Shown piece by piece: positions 32,161-41,625 of a stretch of 53,578 nucleotides of DNA; position 1 is the stretch's first letter; every line of letters begins with the position of its first letter. The stretch spans positions 1-53,578 of the forward strand of contig WAKU01000024.1 of assembly GCA_015523195.1 (NCBI GenBank), in the 5' to 3' direction. Source of the stretch: Thermococcus sp. GTDB lineage: Archaea > Methanobacteriota_B > Thermococci > Thermococcales > Thermococcaceae. The notes beneath the pieces are model-generated. The model ran no database searches, had not been told where the DNA came from, and saw nothing but the letters and a program-made list of their open reading frames with translations. The translations under genes and the position numbers were made by a program.

Positions 32161-33336
32161 TCACTCAAGAAAACCGGCAATGCCAAAATAAGGATCAGAC
32201 TTCGAATTTTTCTCAGGTTTTATCAGACTCCTCCCCACCATGTTCCCCGGCTTCTCGACACCGAAAAAGTCCAGTATCGTGGGCGCTATGTCCATCAGGC
32301 TCGCTCCCTCAAGCTTTGCCCTCTCAAAACCCCACAGTATCAGCGGAACCTTCACGACGGGCCCGTTGTCTGAGCCGTGCATCCCCCTGACCCAGTGGCT
32401 GACGCCTCTGATGCCTTTGCACATTCTGTGGGAGCAGAACCAGTAGCCGGGTTTTGCCGAAACTATGAGCTCACCGCTGTTTGGGCTGTCGAGGTGGGGG
32501 AGCTCCTCGCGGAAGAAGACCGACTTAACGCCCGGTGCCTTTCTCAGGACTTCGAAGGCCTCTTCGGCATCGCCCGGGTTTCTCAGATAGACGTGAACGC
32601 CGCCGCCGGAGGAAACGCGGAGCGTCTCAACCCCGTGCTTCCTAAGGTAAGTTCTCAGGTTCACCCAGGTGTGGACTTCCTCCTGCCCGTGGTCGGCGAA
32701 GATTATGAAGGCGTACTCCTCCTTAAGCCTCTCCCACAGTGTTCTGACGGCGGTATCAACGGTCTCCACGGCCTTTAAAGCCCCCTCACTTTCTGGCCCG
32801 TGGTCGTGGCTCATGCCGTCTATTGAGGCGAAGTGGACGAGGAGCAAATCCGGTTTGCATTCCTCGTAGATGTAGAGCGCTGAATTCAAAACCCAGACGT
32901 CCTTCCTCCAGTCCCTTCCGTGTCCCCTGTACATCTTGTCGCTCGCAAAGAAAGGGGGGAAGATTCTGATGTCGGTCCCGCTGAAGGGAGGCATCGTGTA
33001 GCCGCTTACCGAGCCCGTCTTAATGCCCCTCCCGCGGAGGACGTCAACGACTGTCGGAGCTTTTATGACCCTGTGCGGATTGAAGGCTATCTCGTAGTCG
33101 TAGAAGTTGATCTTCCTGTCGCTCAAGCGGTCGTAGTAGCCGTTCTCGACGACGCCGTGATCCTTGGGCCAGACTCCAGTCATCACGCTCGTGTGAACTA
33201 GATCCGTCAGCGTGGGGAAGATGGAATCAACAACGGTGAAGTCCCCTCTCTCGGCTAACTCCCTTAGGAAGGGCATGTGCTTGAGGTTGTAAACACCGTT
33301 GCCGTCGAGGCTTATGAGGGCGAGCTTCTTTCCCAT
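32161..33336 (-). CDS. Alkaline phosphatase superfamily / nucleotide pyrophosphatase-phosphodiesterase
   Basis: LISLDG, IFPTLT (Thr nucleophile), DGMSHDHG, FADHG, GMHG. Confidence 0.88.
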   Translation of the reverse strand: MGKKLALISLDGNGVYNLKHMPFLRELAERGDFTVVDSIFPTLTDLVHTSVMTGVWPKDHGVVENGYYDRLSDRKINFYDYEIAFNPHRVIKAPTVVDVLRGRGIKTGSVSGYTMPPFSGTDIRIFPPFFASDKMYRGHGRDWRKDVWVLNSALYIYEECKPDLLLVHFASIDGMSHDHGPESEGALKAVETVDTAVRTLWERLKEEYAFIIFADHGQEEVHTWVNLRTYLRKHGVETLRVSSGGGVHVYLRNPGDAEEAFEVLRKAPGVKSVFFREELPHLDSPNSGELIVSAKPGYWFCSHRMCKGIRGVSHWVRGMHGSDNGPVVKVPLILWGFERAKLEGASLMDIAPTILDFFGVEKPGNMVGRSLIKPEKNSKSDPYFGIAGFLE

Positions 33337-33527
33337 GGTTCAAACCCCGAAGACTTAACCTGAAATCCCCCATAAATATCGGGTTCGTCCTCAAGGAAAT
33401 TCTTTAGAGATTCCTTCGAGAGCTTCATTATAGCGTAGCTCTCCTCCCGCTCAAGTAGCTCGTTTAGTAGTTTCTCTATGTCCCCAAGTTTCTTCTCAAT
33501 CCTCATGAGTTCCCTCCACGTTATCAT
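33312..33527 (-). CDS. Small coiled-coil hypothetical protein, possibly a decayed antitoxin-like gene
   Basis: MRIEKKLGDIEKLLNELLEREESYAIMKLSKESLKNFLEDEPDIY; the tail runs into the next gene. Confidence 0.45.
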   Translation of the reverse strand: MITWRELMRIEKKLGDIEKLLNELLEREESYAIMKLSKESLKNFLEDEPDIYGGFQVKSSGFEPWERSSPS

Positions 33528-33534
33528 CTCCAAG

Positions 33535-33595
33535 GGGTGTCGGCCTGACGTGCACTCATCACCCTTCAGAGGGATGGAAGGCTCGTCATCCACCT
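33535..33595 (-). ncRNA. Box C/D methylation-guide sRNA
   Basis: Minus strand: C ATGACGA (33589-83), guide gccttccatccct, D' CTGA, C' GTGATGA, guide gtgcacgtcagg, D CCGA (33543-40), flanking ggtg/cacc stem. Confidence 0.82.
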
Positions 33596-34851
33596 GCATT
33601 CTTCCTGTCGAGCAGGTATATATTCCTTCCGAGCCATTCGTCTAACTTCCTCTGCCTCGCTAATCTGCCGAGGACGTAGCTTCTCTCAAGGTATTTTTCG
33701 AACGGATGCTCAAGGCGTCTCCTTATAGCTTCCAGCGCCCCGTTCAGCGTTTCAAAGCGGCCTATCAAGTTCCCTAAAGCTTTCTTCACGCCGAGTCTTA
33801 TCTGCCACACGCCAACTGGGGCGTAGTATTCGGGCGTAACCTCTCTGAACACGACCACTCTCGCCTGCCTCCTTCTTTCGCGAAGGGCTTCGAGAACGCT
33901 TAAGCGGGCCGCGTAGTAAGCTCCAGCGGTTTCCTTGACGTACTCCCTTCTCCCGCGGAAGTCCTCGTAGTCGTGGATTACGCTCGGCTCGCTCGAACCG
34001 AAGAGCGACCCCTTAAGCCAGACCTCCAAAAGCTCGAAGGCGTAGCTCTCGGGCATCAGAAGAACAGCGTAGCGATTTCCAAGGAAGCGGTAGAAGTAAA
34101 CCTCGTAGTCGTTGATGGGCGAATACTGAAGGATTTCCCTCCTCAGGTTCTTTCCTATCGTGTCTTGGACGGCTGTGATGCTCCACCTCGTCGGGACGAG
34201 CTTCTTCTCGATCCCGAGCAGTCCCGCGGAGAGAAGCCTGATGATGTAGTACTCGTCGAAGCCCCAGTTGTAGAGGCGCATTATCGCTTCCTCTGCCTTC
34301 AGCTCGTCGCTCACAACGTAGTCCGTCTTCCCCGGTATCCTCGGGTTCTCCGTCAGCTCGAAGTCGAGGAGCTCGGCTTTTGGGCCGAGGGGCGGTGCGA
34401 ACTCGCTCGGGATGACCTTGAGGACTGGCCTTTTCTTCAGCAGGATCTCGCTGTCAACGGGTTTAACGCTCATCGCCAGCTCCCGAACTTCATCTAAAAC
34501 TCTACCGCTTTTCCTCACCATCACATCAGTCTTAATCTCGCCCATCACCAACAGCGAGCGGTAGTAGAGGATGTCCCTTATGGTCTTGTCCTCCCATTTC
34601 AGCGGGTTGTCGAGGTAGCCCGTCTCTCCCTCGATGGGCGGAACGAGGGGGCCTATCCTGACCTTGGGGTAGCCGTACTCGCCGACGAAAACGCTTGGCG
34701 GCGAAGAACCGAAGAGGTGTCTTTTGTTCAGCTTTCCCTCCACGCTTCGGGCTACCTTAAAGCGTTCAAGGATCGGACAGGTCGGCCTTCCACACAGGAG
34801 CTTCCTGCCCTTGCAGACGGCACAGAGTTTTGAGTTGAAGAGCTCAGTCAT
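33586..34851 (-). CDS. nreA: Nre family PCNA-interacting DNA repair protein
   Basis: CAVCKGRKLLCGRPTCP, GSSPPSVFVG, LVPTRWSITAV, YYAPVGVWQIR, C-terminal PIP box QRKLDEWL. Confidence 0.9.
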   Translation of the reverse strand: MTELFNSKLCAVCKGRKLLCGRPTCPILERFKVARSVEGKLNKRHLFGSSPPSVFVGEYGYPKVRIGPLVPPIEGETGYLDNPLKWEDKTIRDILYYRSLLVMGEIKTDVMVRKSGRVLDEVRELAMSVKPVDSEILLKKRPVLKVIPSEFAPPLGPKAELLDFELTENPRIPGKTDYVVSDELKAEEAIMRLYNWGFDEYYIIRLLSAGLLGIEKKLVPTRWSITAVQDTIGKNLRREILQYSPINDYEVYFYRFLGNRYAVLLMPESYAFELLEVWLKGSLFGSSEPSVIHDYEDFRGRREYVKETAGAYYAARLSVLEALRERRRQARVVVFREVTPEYYAPVGVWQIRLGVKKALGNLIGRFETLNGALEAIRRRLEHPFEKYLERSYVLGRLARQRKLDEWLGRNIYLLDRKNAGG

Positions 34852-34985
34852 CGGCGGATGTTCTCCGAGGACTACTTAACCTTAGCCCTTTAACAATACT
34901 GGTTAACATGCAAGAATACGCTAAAAAATGTGCTTTCCTAAACTTTTATATACCTCAGTGGACATAAATGGCACGAGGTGTTTTT

Positions 34986-36803
34986 ATGTACGGCAACTGG
35001 GGCAGGTTTTTGCGCGTCAACCTCTCCAAGGGGGAGGTCAAGGTAGAGGAGTACGATGAGGAGCTCGCCAAGAAATGGCTTGGGAGCAGGGGGCTGGCAA
35101 TATACTTCCTTCTCAGGGACATGGATCCGAAGGCCGATCCGCTGAGCCCCGACAACATGTTGATCATAACCCCGGGCCCGCTGAGCGGAACGAGCGCTCC
35201 AACCGGCGGAAGGTACAACGTCGTTACCAAGGGCCCCCTGACGGGCTTCATAACTATGGCAAACTCCGGCGGCTACTTTGGGGCGGAGCTGAAGTTCGCG
35301 GGCTGGGACGGCATAATAATTGAGGGCAAGGCCGAGAGCCCGGTTTACATCTACATCAAGGACGACAACGTTGAGATTCGCGATGCGAGCCACCTCTGGG
35401 GCAAACTGGTCAGTGAGACAGAGGAGACCATAAAGAAGGAGATAGGGAGCAAGAAGCTCCACATAGCGAGCATTGGGCCAGCCGGAGAGAACCTCGTTAA
35501 GTTCGCAGCCATAATGAACGACGGCCACCGCGCCGCGGGAAGGGCCGGTGTCGGTGCCGTTATGGGGAGCAAGAACCTCAAGGCAATAGCTGTCGAGGGG
35601 AGCAAGCGCGTTCCCATAGCGGACAGACAGAAGTTCATGCTCACAGTCAGGGAGAAGATAAACAAGCTCAGAAACGACCCGGTTGCAGGTGGCGGACTGC
35701 CGAAGTACGGTACAGCGGTTCTCGTCAACATAATAAACGAAAACGGCCTCTATCCAACGAGGAACTTCCAGACAGGAGTTTTTGAGCTCGCTTACGAGCA
35801 CAGCGGTGAGGCCATGACGGCCAAATACCTCATCAGAAACCAGCCGTGCTACGCCTGTCCCATAGGCTGCGGCAGGGTGAACAAGCTCCCGACCGTCGGG
35901 GTAACAGAGGGACCCGAGTACGAGAGCATCTGGGCACTCGGTGCCGACCTCGGCATAAATGACCTCGCGAGCATAATCGAGGCCAACCACATGTGCGATG
36001 AGCTCGGCCTTGACACGATCTCGACCGGTGGAACTCTGGCAGCGGCTATGGAGCTCTACGAGAAGGGCTACCTTACGGATGAAGACCTCGGCGATGCACC
36101 GCCATTCAGGTGGGGCAACACGGAGGTTCTCCACTACTACATTGAGAAGATCGCCTACAGGAATGGCATCGGTGACAAGCTTGCCGAGGGAAGCTACCGC
36201 TTCGCCGAGAGCTACGGGCACCCGGAGTTCTCGATGAGCGTCAAGAAGCTTGAGCTTCCGGCTTACGATCCGCGTGGAGCTGAAGGTCACGGCCTCGGCT
36301 ACGCGACCAATAACCGCGGCGGCTGCCACATCAAGAACTACATGATAAGCCCCGAGATCCTCGGCTACCCGTACAAGATGGACCCGCACGACATAAGCGA
36401 CGACAAGATAAAGATGCTCCTGCTCTTCCAGCACCTGAGCGCGGTCATAGATGCTGCAGGCCTCTGCCTGTTCACGACCTTCGGTCTTGGAGCGGACGAC
36501 TTCCGCGACATGCTCAACGCCGCCCTCGGATGGGACTTCTCAACTGAGGACTACCTCAGGATAGGCGAGCGCATCTGGAACGCCGAGAGGATATTCAACC
36601 TGAAAGCGGGACTCGACCCGCTCAAGGACGACACCCTGCCGAAGCGCTTCCTCGAGGAGCCGATGCCTGAGGGACCGAACAAGGGATACACTGTAAGGCT
36701 GAAGGAGATGCTGCCGAGGTACTACAAGATGCGCGGCTGGACCGAGGACGGAAGGGTCCCGCCCGAGAAGGCGAGGGAACTCGGTATAGAGGAGTTCCTT
36801 TGA
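34986..36803 (+). CDS. aor: Tungsten-containing aldehyde:ferredoxin oxidoreductase
   Basis: MYGNWGRF start, AAGRAGVGAVMGSKNLKAI, CYACPIGC, EYES, DELGLD, DAAGLCLF. Confidence 0.96.
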   Translation: MYGNWGRFLRVNLSKGEVKVEEYDEELAKKWLGSRGLAIYFLLRDMDPKADPLSPDNMLIITPGPLSGTSAPTGGRYNVVTKGPLTGFITMANSGGYFGAELKFAGWDGIIIEGKAESPVYIYIKDDNVEIRDASHLWGKLVSETEETIKKEIGSKKLHIASIGPAGENLVKFAAIMNDGHRAAGRAGVGAVMGSKNLKAIAVEGSKRVPIADRQKFMLTVREKINKLRNDPVAGGGLPKYGTAVLVNIINENGLYPTRNFQTGVFELAYEHSGEAMTAKYLIRNQPCYACPIGCGRVNKLPTVGVTEGPEYESIWALGADLGINDLASIIEANHMCDELGLDTISTGGTLAAAMELYEKGYLTDEDLGDAPPFRWGNTEVLHYYIEKIAYRNGIGDKLAEGSYRFAESYGHPEFSMSVKKLELPAYDPRGAEGHGLGYATNNRGGCHIKNYMISPEILGYPYKMDPHDISDDKIKMLLLFQHLSAVIDAAGLCLFTTFGLGADDFRDMLNAALGWDFSTEDYLRIGERIWNAERIFNLKAGLDPLKDDTLPKRFLEEPMPEGPNKGYTVRLKEMLPRYYKMRGWTEDGRVPPEKARELGIEEFL

Positions 36804-36873
36804 TTTCCCCATTTTTGTCCAATAACCTTTTTTAATGGTGCTTGATACCCAGATGGAAAGAGCGGTGGTGCTC

Positions 36874-37125
36874 ATGGTTAAAGTCAAGCTTTTCGCGACG
36901 CTAATCGAGTTCACCGGGAGGAGAAGGCTTGAGCTGGATGGCGTTGAGAACGTTGGCGAGATACTGGACAGGCTTGAAGAGCTCTTCCCGGGCTTTAAAG
37001 GGGAACTCGAAAAGGGGTTCATCATCCTCGTGAACGGGAAGAACGTCGAGCACCTCAACGGCTTGGCGACCCCGGTTTCTGACGATGACACCGTCAGCAT
37101 ATTCCCACCCGCTGGAGGCGGTTGA
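36874..37125 (+). CDS. MoaD/ThiS ubiquitin-like sulfur carrier (SAMP)
   Basis: MVKVKLFATL...ILVNG...VSIFPPAGGG di-Gly C-terminus. Confidence 0.92.
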   Translation: MVKVKLFATLIEFTGRRRLELDGVENVGEILDRLEELFPGFKGELEKGFIILVNGKNVEHLNGLATPVSDDDTVSIFPPAGGG

Positions 37126-37126
37126 A

Positions 37127-38272
37127 TTGGCGAAGGAAGTCGGTAGGGAGTACACCTTCTCCCTCTGGGATGGAAAGGTCATCATAAGGCCCAAACTCGA
37201 CATGAAGTACCTCTACATAGAGGTCACGAGCCGCTGTAACTTAAAGTGCGAGATGTGCTTCAAGCAGTACTGGGAGGACACCGAAGGCGACATGGACTGG
37301 CAGCTCTTCCTCAAGATCCTCGACGACGCGGAGGAGTTCCCGGAGCTGAGGATGGTCTACCTCGGTGGCATCGGCGAGCCCACAGTTCACCCGCGCTTCA
37401 TGGACATGGTGAGGGAGGTCAAAAAGCGGGGCTTTGCCCTCGGCATGAGCAGCAACGGAACCCTCCTCACTGACAAGATGCTCAGGGAGCTCGCAAAGCT
37501 CGGGGTGGAGCTCATCTACTTCTCCATGGACACGGTTCCAACGGCCCAGAACGCCATAACCCTCGGCCACCTCGCCGCGGCCGCAACAGCCGACAGGATA
37601 CGCAGGCTCGTGAAGTACCGTGAAGAATACGGAACCCACAGGCCGAGCATAGGGGTTGAAGTGGTCGTCACCAAGGAGAACTACAAGCAGCTGCCGGACC
37701 TCGCGAGGTTCCTCCTCAACCTGAACGTGGATTCGATGCTCGTCTCAAACCTGCTTCCCCTAACTGAGGAGCAGACCAAGGACATCGTCTACGACGGAAG
37801 TGTGGACATGACCCCGATAGTGGATGAGCTCTACAAGATAGCCCACAACGGCCTCTACATAAAGCTCCCCAACTTCGAGCTCAAGACAGAGAGGCAGTGC
37901 GACTTCGACGAGAACAACGTGGCAGTAATCAGGTGGGACGGCGAAGTTGCCCCGTGCTACCGCTTCCTCCACTCCTACTACGAGTACATCTTTGGCAGGA
38001 AGAAGAAGGTCAACGCCTACTCCTTCGGCAACGTGAGGGAGAAGAGCCTCGCAGAGATATGGACGAGCGAGAAGTACACCTGGTTCCGCTTCACGATGAA
38101 GAACTACATGTACCCCTCCTGCACCGACTGCCCACTCGTTGACGCCTGCGACTTCGTCAAGACGAGCGACATAGACTGCTGGGGCAACGAGCCGAGCTGC
38201 GCCGACTGCCTCTGGTCCCGGAGGATCGTTCAGTGCCCGATTCCCCAGTACAACTTCGGGAAATTCTACTGA
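37127..38272 (+). CDS. Tungsten-cofactor oxidoreductase radical SAM maturase (SPASM domain)
   Basis: CNLKCEMC, GIGEP, C-terminal Cys-rich SPASM; in operon with aor and MoaD; TTG start after GGAGG. Confidence 0.88.
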   Translation: MAKEVGREYTFSLWDGKVIIRPKLDMKYLYIEVTSRCNLKCEMCFKQYWEDTEGDMDWQLFLKILDDAEEFPELRMVYLGGIGEPTVHPRFMDMVREVKKRGFALGMSSNGTLLTDKMLRELAKLGVELIYFSMDTVPTAQNAITLGHLAAAATADRIRRLVKYREEYGTHRPSIGVEVVVTKENYKQLPDLARFLLNLNVDSMLVSNLLPLTEEQTKDIVYDGSVDMTPIVDELYKIAHNGLYIKLPNFELKTERQCDFDENNVAVIRWDGEVAPCYRFLHSYYEYIFGRKKKVNAYSFGNVREKSLAEIWTSEKYTWFRFTMKNYMYPSCTDCPLVDACDFVKTSDIDCWGNEPSCADCLWSRRIVQCPIPQYNFGKFY

Positions 38273-38320
38273 AAACCCAAAAAGCTTAAAAACCCTCTCC
38301 GGTTCATATAACTCGAACGT

Positions 38321-38406
38321 GCCGCGGTAGCCTAGCCTGGTAGGGCGCCGGCCTGCTAAGCCGGTGGGCGGTGCCCACAGGGGTTCAAATCCCCTCCGCG
38401 GCGCCA
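38321..38406 (+). tRNA. tRNA-Ser(GCT)
   Basis: gccgcgg acceptor, ccggc-ctGCTaa-gccgg, long variable arm, CCA. Confidence 0.97.
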
Positions 38407-38425
38407 TTGCTTCTTTGGGCTCGAT

Positions 38426-38500
38426 GCCGGGATAGCCTAGAGGCGAGGCGAGGGACTGCAGATCCCTTCCACCCGGGTTCAAATCCCGGTCCCGGCTCCA
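38426..38500 (+). tRNA. tRNA-Cys(GCA)
   Basis: gccggga acceptor, aggga-ctGCAga-tccct, U73, CCA. Confidence 0.96.
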
Positions 38501-38508
38501 CCTTCACT

Positions 38509-39693
38509 TTAAAACCTCCTTCTCCTGCCTCCCCATCTCCTGCGGTACTCGTTCTCAAGCTCCTCGTCCCTGAACTCCTTTGGAACCCTCTCACTGAGCT
38601 TTGACCTGCGCACCTCGACCCGGGCGGCCTTGGCTATGCGCCTGAACCTCCCCAGCTCGCCGGGCTCCAGGAAGGTTACGGCCCTTCCCTTCTTTCCCAT
38701 CCTTCCCGTTCTCCCTATCCTGTGGATGTACTGCTCGGGGTTCATGGGTATTGAGTAGTTGACGACGTGGCTTATATCCTGGACGTCAAGGCCCCTTGCG
38801 GCGACGTCTGTAGCCACGAGGACTCGCGTCCTCCTCTCTTTGAACCTCTGGAAGGTCCTCTCGCGGGCGGCCTGGGTCATGTCGCCGTTCAGACTCTCGG
38901 CAGCGTAGCCATCCCTTCTGAGTCTCCCGCTCAGCTCCCGCGTCTCCCTCTTCGTCTGGCAGAACACTATCCCGTAGAAATCCCCTTCGAGGACTTCCTT
39001 CAGCTTTCCGTATTTCCTCGCTGGCAGAACCTCTATGTACTCCTGCTCCACCATCTCCGGAACGAGCTCGTCCCTGCTCACTATGACGACCTCGGGGTTC
39101 TGCATGTACTTCTTGGCTAAGAGGAGGACTTCCGTTGGCATGGTAGCCGAGAACATCAGTATGCGCTTTTCCTTTGGGGTTCTCTGCATTATGCTCTCTA
39201 TATCCTCCACGAAGCCCATATCGAGCATTCTGTCAGCCTCGTCGAGGACGAAGAACCTCACTGCGTCGAGGTTGAGAGTTCCCCGCTGGAGGTGGTCGAG
39301 AATCCTCCCCGGCGTTCCGACTACGATGTGAGCTCCCCTCTCCAGAGCCCTTATCTGGGGGCCTATCGGCTGGCCGCCGTAGACCACGTAAACGTAAACC
39401 CTCTTCCTCCCCCTGAGGGTCTTGATCTCATCCGCCACCTGGAGGGCGAGCTCCCTCGTGGGGGTCAGGATTATGGCCTGAACCCTTCTTTCGTTCGGGT
39501 CAAGGGCCTCTATGATCGGGAGCGCAAAGGCTGCGGTCTTCCCGGTTCCGGTCTGGGACTGGCCTATCACATCGTTCTCTCCCCTCAGGAGAAGGGGTAT
39601 GACCTCCCTCTGGATGTCTGTGGGCTTGCTGAAACCCTTCTCTTTAACGGCCGTCAGTGAGGCCTCCGATAAACCAAGTTTTTCAAAACTCAT
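38509..39693 (-). CDS. deaD: DEAD-box RNA helicase (cold-inducible DeaD type)
   Basis: Q motif, TGTGKT, PTRELA, DEAD, SAT, ARGLD, HRIGRTGR. Confidence 0.95.
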   Translation of the reverse strand: MSFEKLGLSEASLTAVKEKGFSKPTDIQREVIPLLLRGENDVIGQSQTGTGKTAAFALPIIEALDPNERRVQAIILTPTRELALQVADEIKTLRGRKRVYVYVVYGGQPIGPQIRALERGAHIVVGTPGRILDHLQRGTLNLDAVRFFVLDEADRMLDMGFVEDIESIMQRTPKEKRILMFSATMPTEVLLLAKKYMQNPEVVIVSRDELVPEMVEQEYIEVLPARKYGKLKEVLEGDFYGIVFCQTKRETRELSGRLRRDGYAAESLNGDMTQAARERTFQRFKERRTRVLVATDVAARGLDVQDISHVVNYSIPMNPEQYIHRIGRTGRMGKKGRAVTFLEPGELGRFRRIAKAARVEVRRSKLSERVPKEFRDEELENEYRRRWGGRRRRF

Positions 39694-39756
39694 TTTCTCT
39701 ATCCCCTGCTTTAAGCGCTCCCCCTCAAACGGAACGCGTCGAGAAGAAACGCACTC

Positions 39757-39834
39757 TGGCGGGCCGAGGGGGATTCGAACCCCCGACCACGGGATTAAGA
39801 GTCCCGCGCTCTAACCATGCTGAGCTACCGGCCC
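39757..39834 (-). tRNA. tRNA-Lys(CTT)
   Basis: gggccgg acceptor, cggga-ctCTTaa-tcccg, TTCGAAT, CCA. Confidence 0.97.
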
Positions 39835-39943
39835 AAAACCCGAACTGATAGACGGGGAGGTAATTTATAAAGTTTTTGGTCTATTGAAGGCCGCAGCTCA
39901 CAGAAAACTTTATAAATTACCGGGCTCCCCTATACTTTGGCGA

Positions 39944-40031
39944 GCGGGGGTTGCCAAGCCTGGTCAAAGGCGCGGGATTGAGGGTCCCGTCCCGTAGGGG
40001 TTCCGGGGTTCAAATCCCCGCCCCCGCACCA
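39944..40031 (+). tRNA. tRNA-Leu(GAG)
   Basis: gcggggg acceptor, cggga-ttGAGgg-tcccg, long variable arm, CCA; TTTATAAA at about 39909-39916. Confidence 0.97.
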
Positions 40032-40141
40032 TAAAATTCAAAGCAAGCTGGCGGCAGGAGGGCCTTTTCTGCAATGTTCAACTGGAACGGATTTTAACTC
40101 ACCCGCTCCTTTGTTGAGTGTTTCACTTAGAAAAGCACCCT

Positions 40142-40168
40142 TTGATCAAGCTTTGTCCTGCAAATTTT
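40142..40168. repeat. Degenerate copy of the tRNA-associated palindromic motif
   Basis: ttgatcaagctttgtcctgcaaatttt versus reverse complement of 18542-68 ttgatcaaactttgcaccgcaaagttt (22/27 identical by eye). Confidence 0.55.
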
Positions 40169-40194
40169 GGAATGAAAGAAGGCCAATCTCAAAT

Positions 40195-40821
40195 TCAGGC
40201 CCTCTTAAAGATTTCCTGTTCTATTAAGCCGATTATATCCCTGTGGATGTCCTCAACGCTGTTCTGGGCGTTTACTATCCTGATCTCTGGAAACATCTCG
40301 GCGAGCTTTAGGTAGTTGTTCCTCACACTCCTCTGGAGCTCGAATATCCTGTCGAACTCCGTTTTTATTGCCCTCCCCTTTATGCGCCTCATGCTCTCCT
40401 TGGCCGGTATGTCGAGTAGGATCGCTATATCCGGTCTTATAGCAAAGCGGTTGAGGTCGATGAGCCACTCGAGATCGAGCCCCCTCGCCCATTGGTACGC
40501 CAAGGAGGAGTAGAAGTACCTGTCCGAGATAACGACCTTCCCCTCCTCCAGCGCCGGCCGGATGAGCTTGTGGATGTGCTCGGCCCTGTCGGCCGCGAAG
40601 AGCAGCGCCTCGGCCTCGTGGCTTATCTTGGCCCCGTCTATTATGCCGACCCTTCCCCCCGTGAGGACCAGCCTCCTGATGAGCTTCCCAAAGGCGGTGT
40701 CAGTTGGCTCCTTAGTTAGGACGACCTCATGCCCCCTCTCCTCAAACCATTCCGCCAGCATTTTAGCCTGCGTTGATTTTCCAGCCCCGTCTATACCTTC
40801 GAGTACTATGAACACGCCCAC
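40195..40821 (-). CDS. tmk: Thymidylate kinase
   Basis: [38 protein letters not shown]. Confidence 0.95.
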   Translation of the reverse strand: MGVFIVLEGIDGAGKSTQAKMLAEWFEERGHEVVLTKEPTDTAFGKLIRRLVLTGGRVGIIDGAKISHEAEALLFAADRAEHIHKLIRPALEEGKVVISDRYFYSSLAYQWARGLDLEWLIDLNRFAIRPDIAILLDIPAKESMRRIKGRAIKTEFDRIFELQRSVRNNYLKLAEMFPEIRIVNAQNSVEDIHRDIIGLIEQEIFKRA

Positions 40822-40881
40822 GACCTCACCCCCGGGAAACCGGGTTCTCCCGTGCCCTTTTAACGCTTTTCAAGTTTGACT

Positions 40882-41589
40882 TCAAAAGTTCTTCTTGAGG
40901 TAATCCATGAGGGTCCACATACTCCCGAATTCAGTTTTTTCTCCGTCTCTGTAGACCTCAACGATCCCGTCGGGTCTAAAGCGCATGCCAAAGTCGTAGT
41001 CCTCCTTTTTAAGTTTGTACATGAAGACCTCCTTAGGCTTCGGCGGGAGGTAGCTCGTCATCATGTCGTTTATCACCTCGGCCTCCAGGCCCAGCGCCTC
41101 CGAGAGGCGGGGGAAGAAGAGCACCGCCGGCGTGTTCATAGCATCCACGAGGACCCTCTTCCCGAGCTTCATCCTGTACTTCTTCAGCAGGTCGTTCATG
41201 AAGTCGTCGAGGGCGTTCGGGTAGTAGACCGTCGCACCTATGTCGCTCGGGTGGGCCTCTATAAAGCTCCCGCTGCTGAGTATTGCCTTCACCTCTTCGC
41301 TGTCTATACCGCTCACGTAAACGCGGACGCCGCCGTAGTAGTAGACGTAAGCTAAGGGGAGCCCCTTGGCGTGTGCAAAGTCCTTGAGGGCTATCAGCGG
41401 GATCAGGCGCACGTCCATCGTGGTGGAGCCGGTGCTCACTATGCCCACCACCATCGCCCTCTTCCCGTACCTTGAGAGGGCCCTTCCGTCCCTCCCGGCT
41501 ATCGTCGTTCCGTGGGCAACGGTTCCTATCGCCCTTCCAAGCAGGGCGAGCTCCTCGGGCTTGAACTTCTCTGAGTGGTATATCTCCAT
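40882..41589 (-). CDS. Phosphomannomutase-related protein (short, catalytic motifs degenerate)
   Basis: GRDGR and VLVDAMN alpha-phosphohexomutase domain motifs, but no SHNP or DxDxD. Confidence 0.75.
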   Translation of the reverse strand: MEIYHSEKFKPEELALLGRAIGTVAHGTTIAGRDGRALSRYGKRAMVVGIVSTGSTTMDVRLIPLIALKDFAHAKGLPLAYVYYYGGVRVYVSGIDSEEVKAILSSGSFIEAHPSDIGATVYYPNALDDFMNDLLKKYRMKLGKRVLVDAMNTPAVLFFPRLSEALGLEAEVINDMMTSYLPPKPKEVFMYKLKKEDYDFGMRFRPDGIVEVYRDGEKTEFGSMWTLMDYLKKNF

Positions 41590-41608
41590 CTCTCCCACCC
41601 CATCAGGT

Positions 41609-41625
41609 TATCACCGGGAGTGTTT
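41609..41625. promoter_or_regulatory. Thermococcales glycolytic motif (TGM; Tgr/TrmBL1 site), imperfect
   Basis: TATCAC-cggga-GTGTTT versus TATCAC-N5-GTGATA, between the divergent mutase-like gene and pck. Confidence 0.55.
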
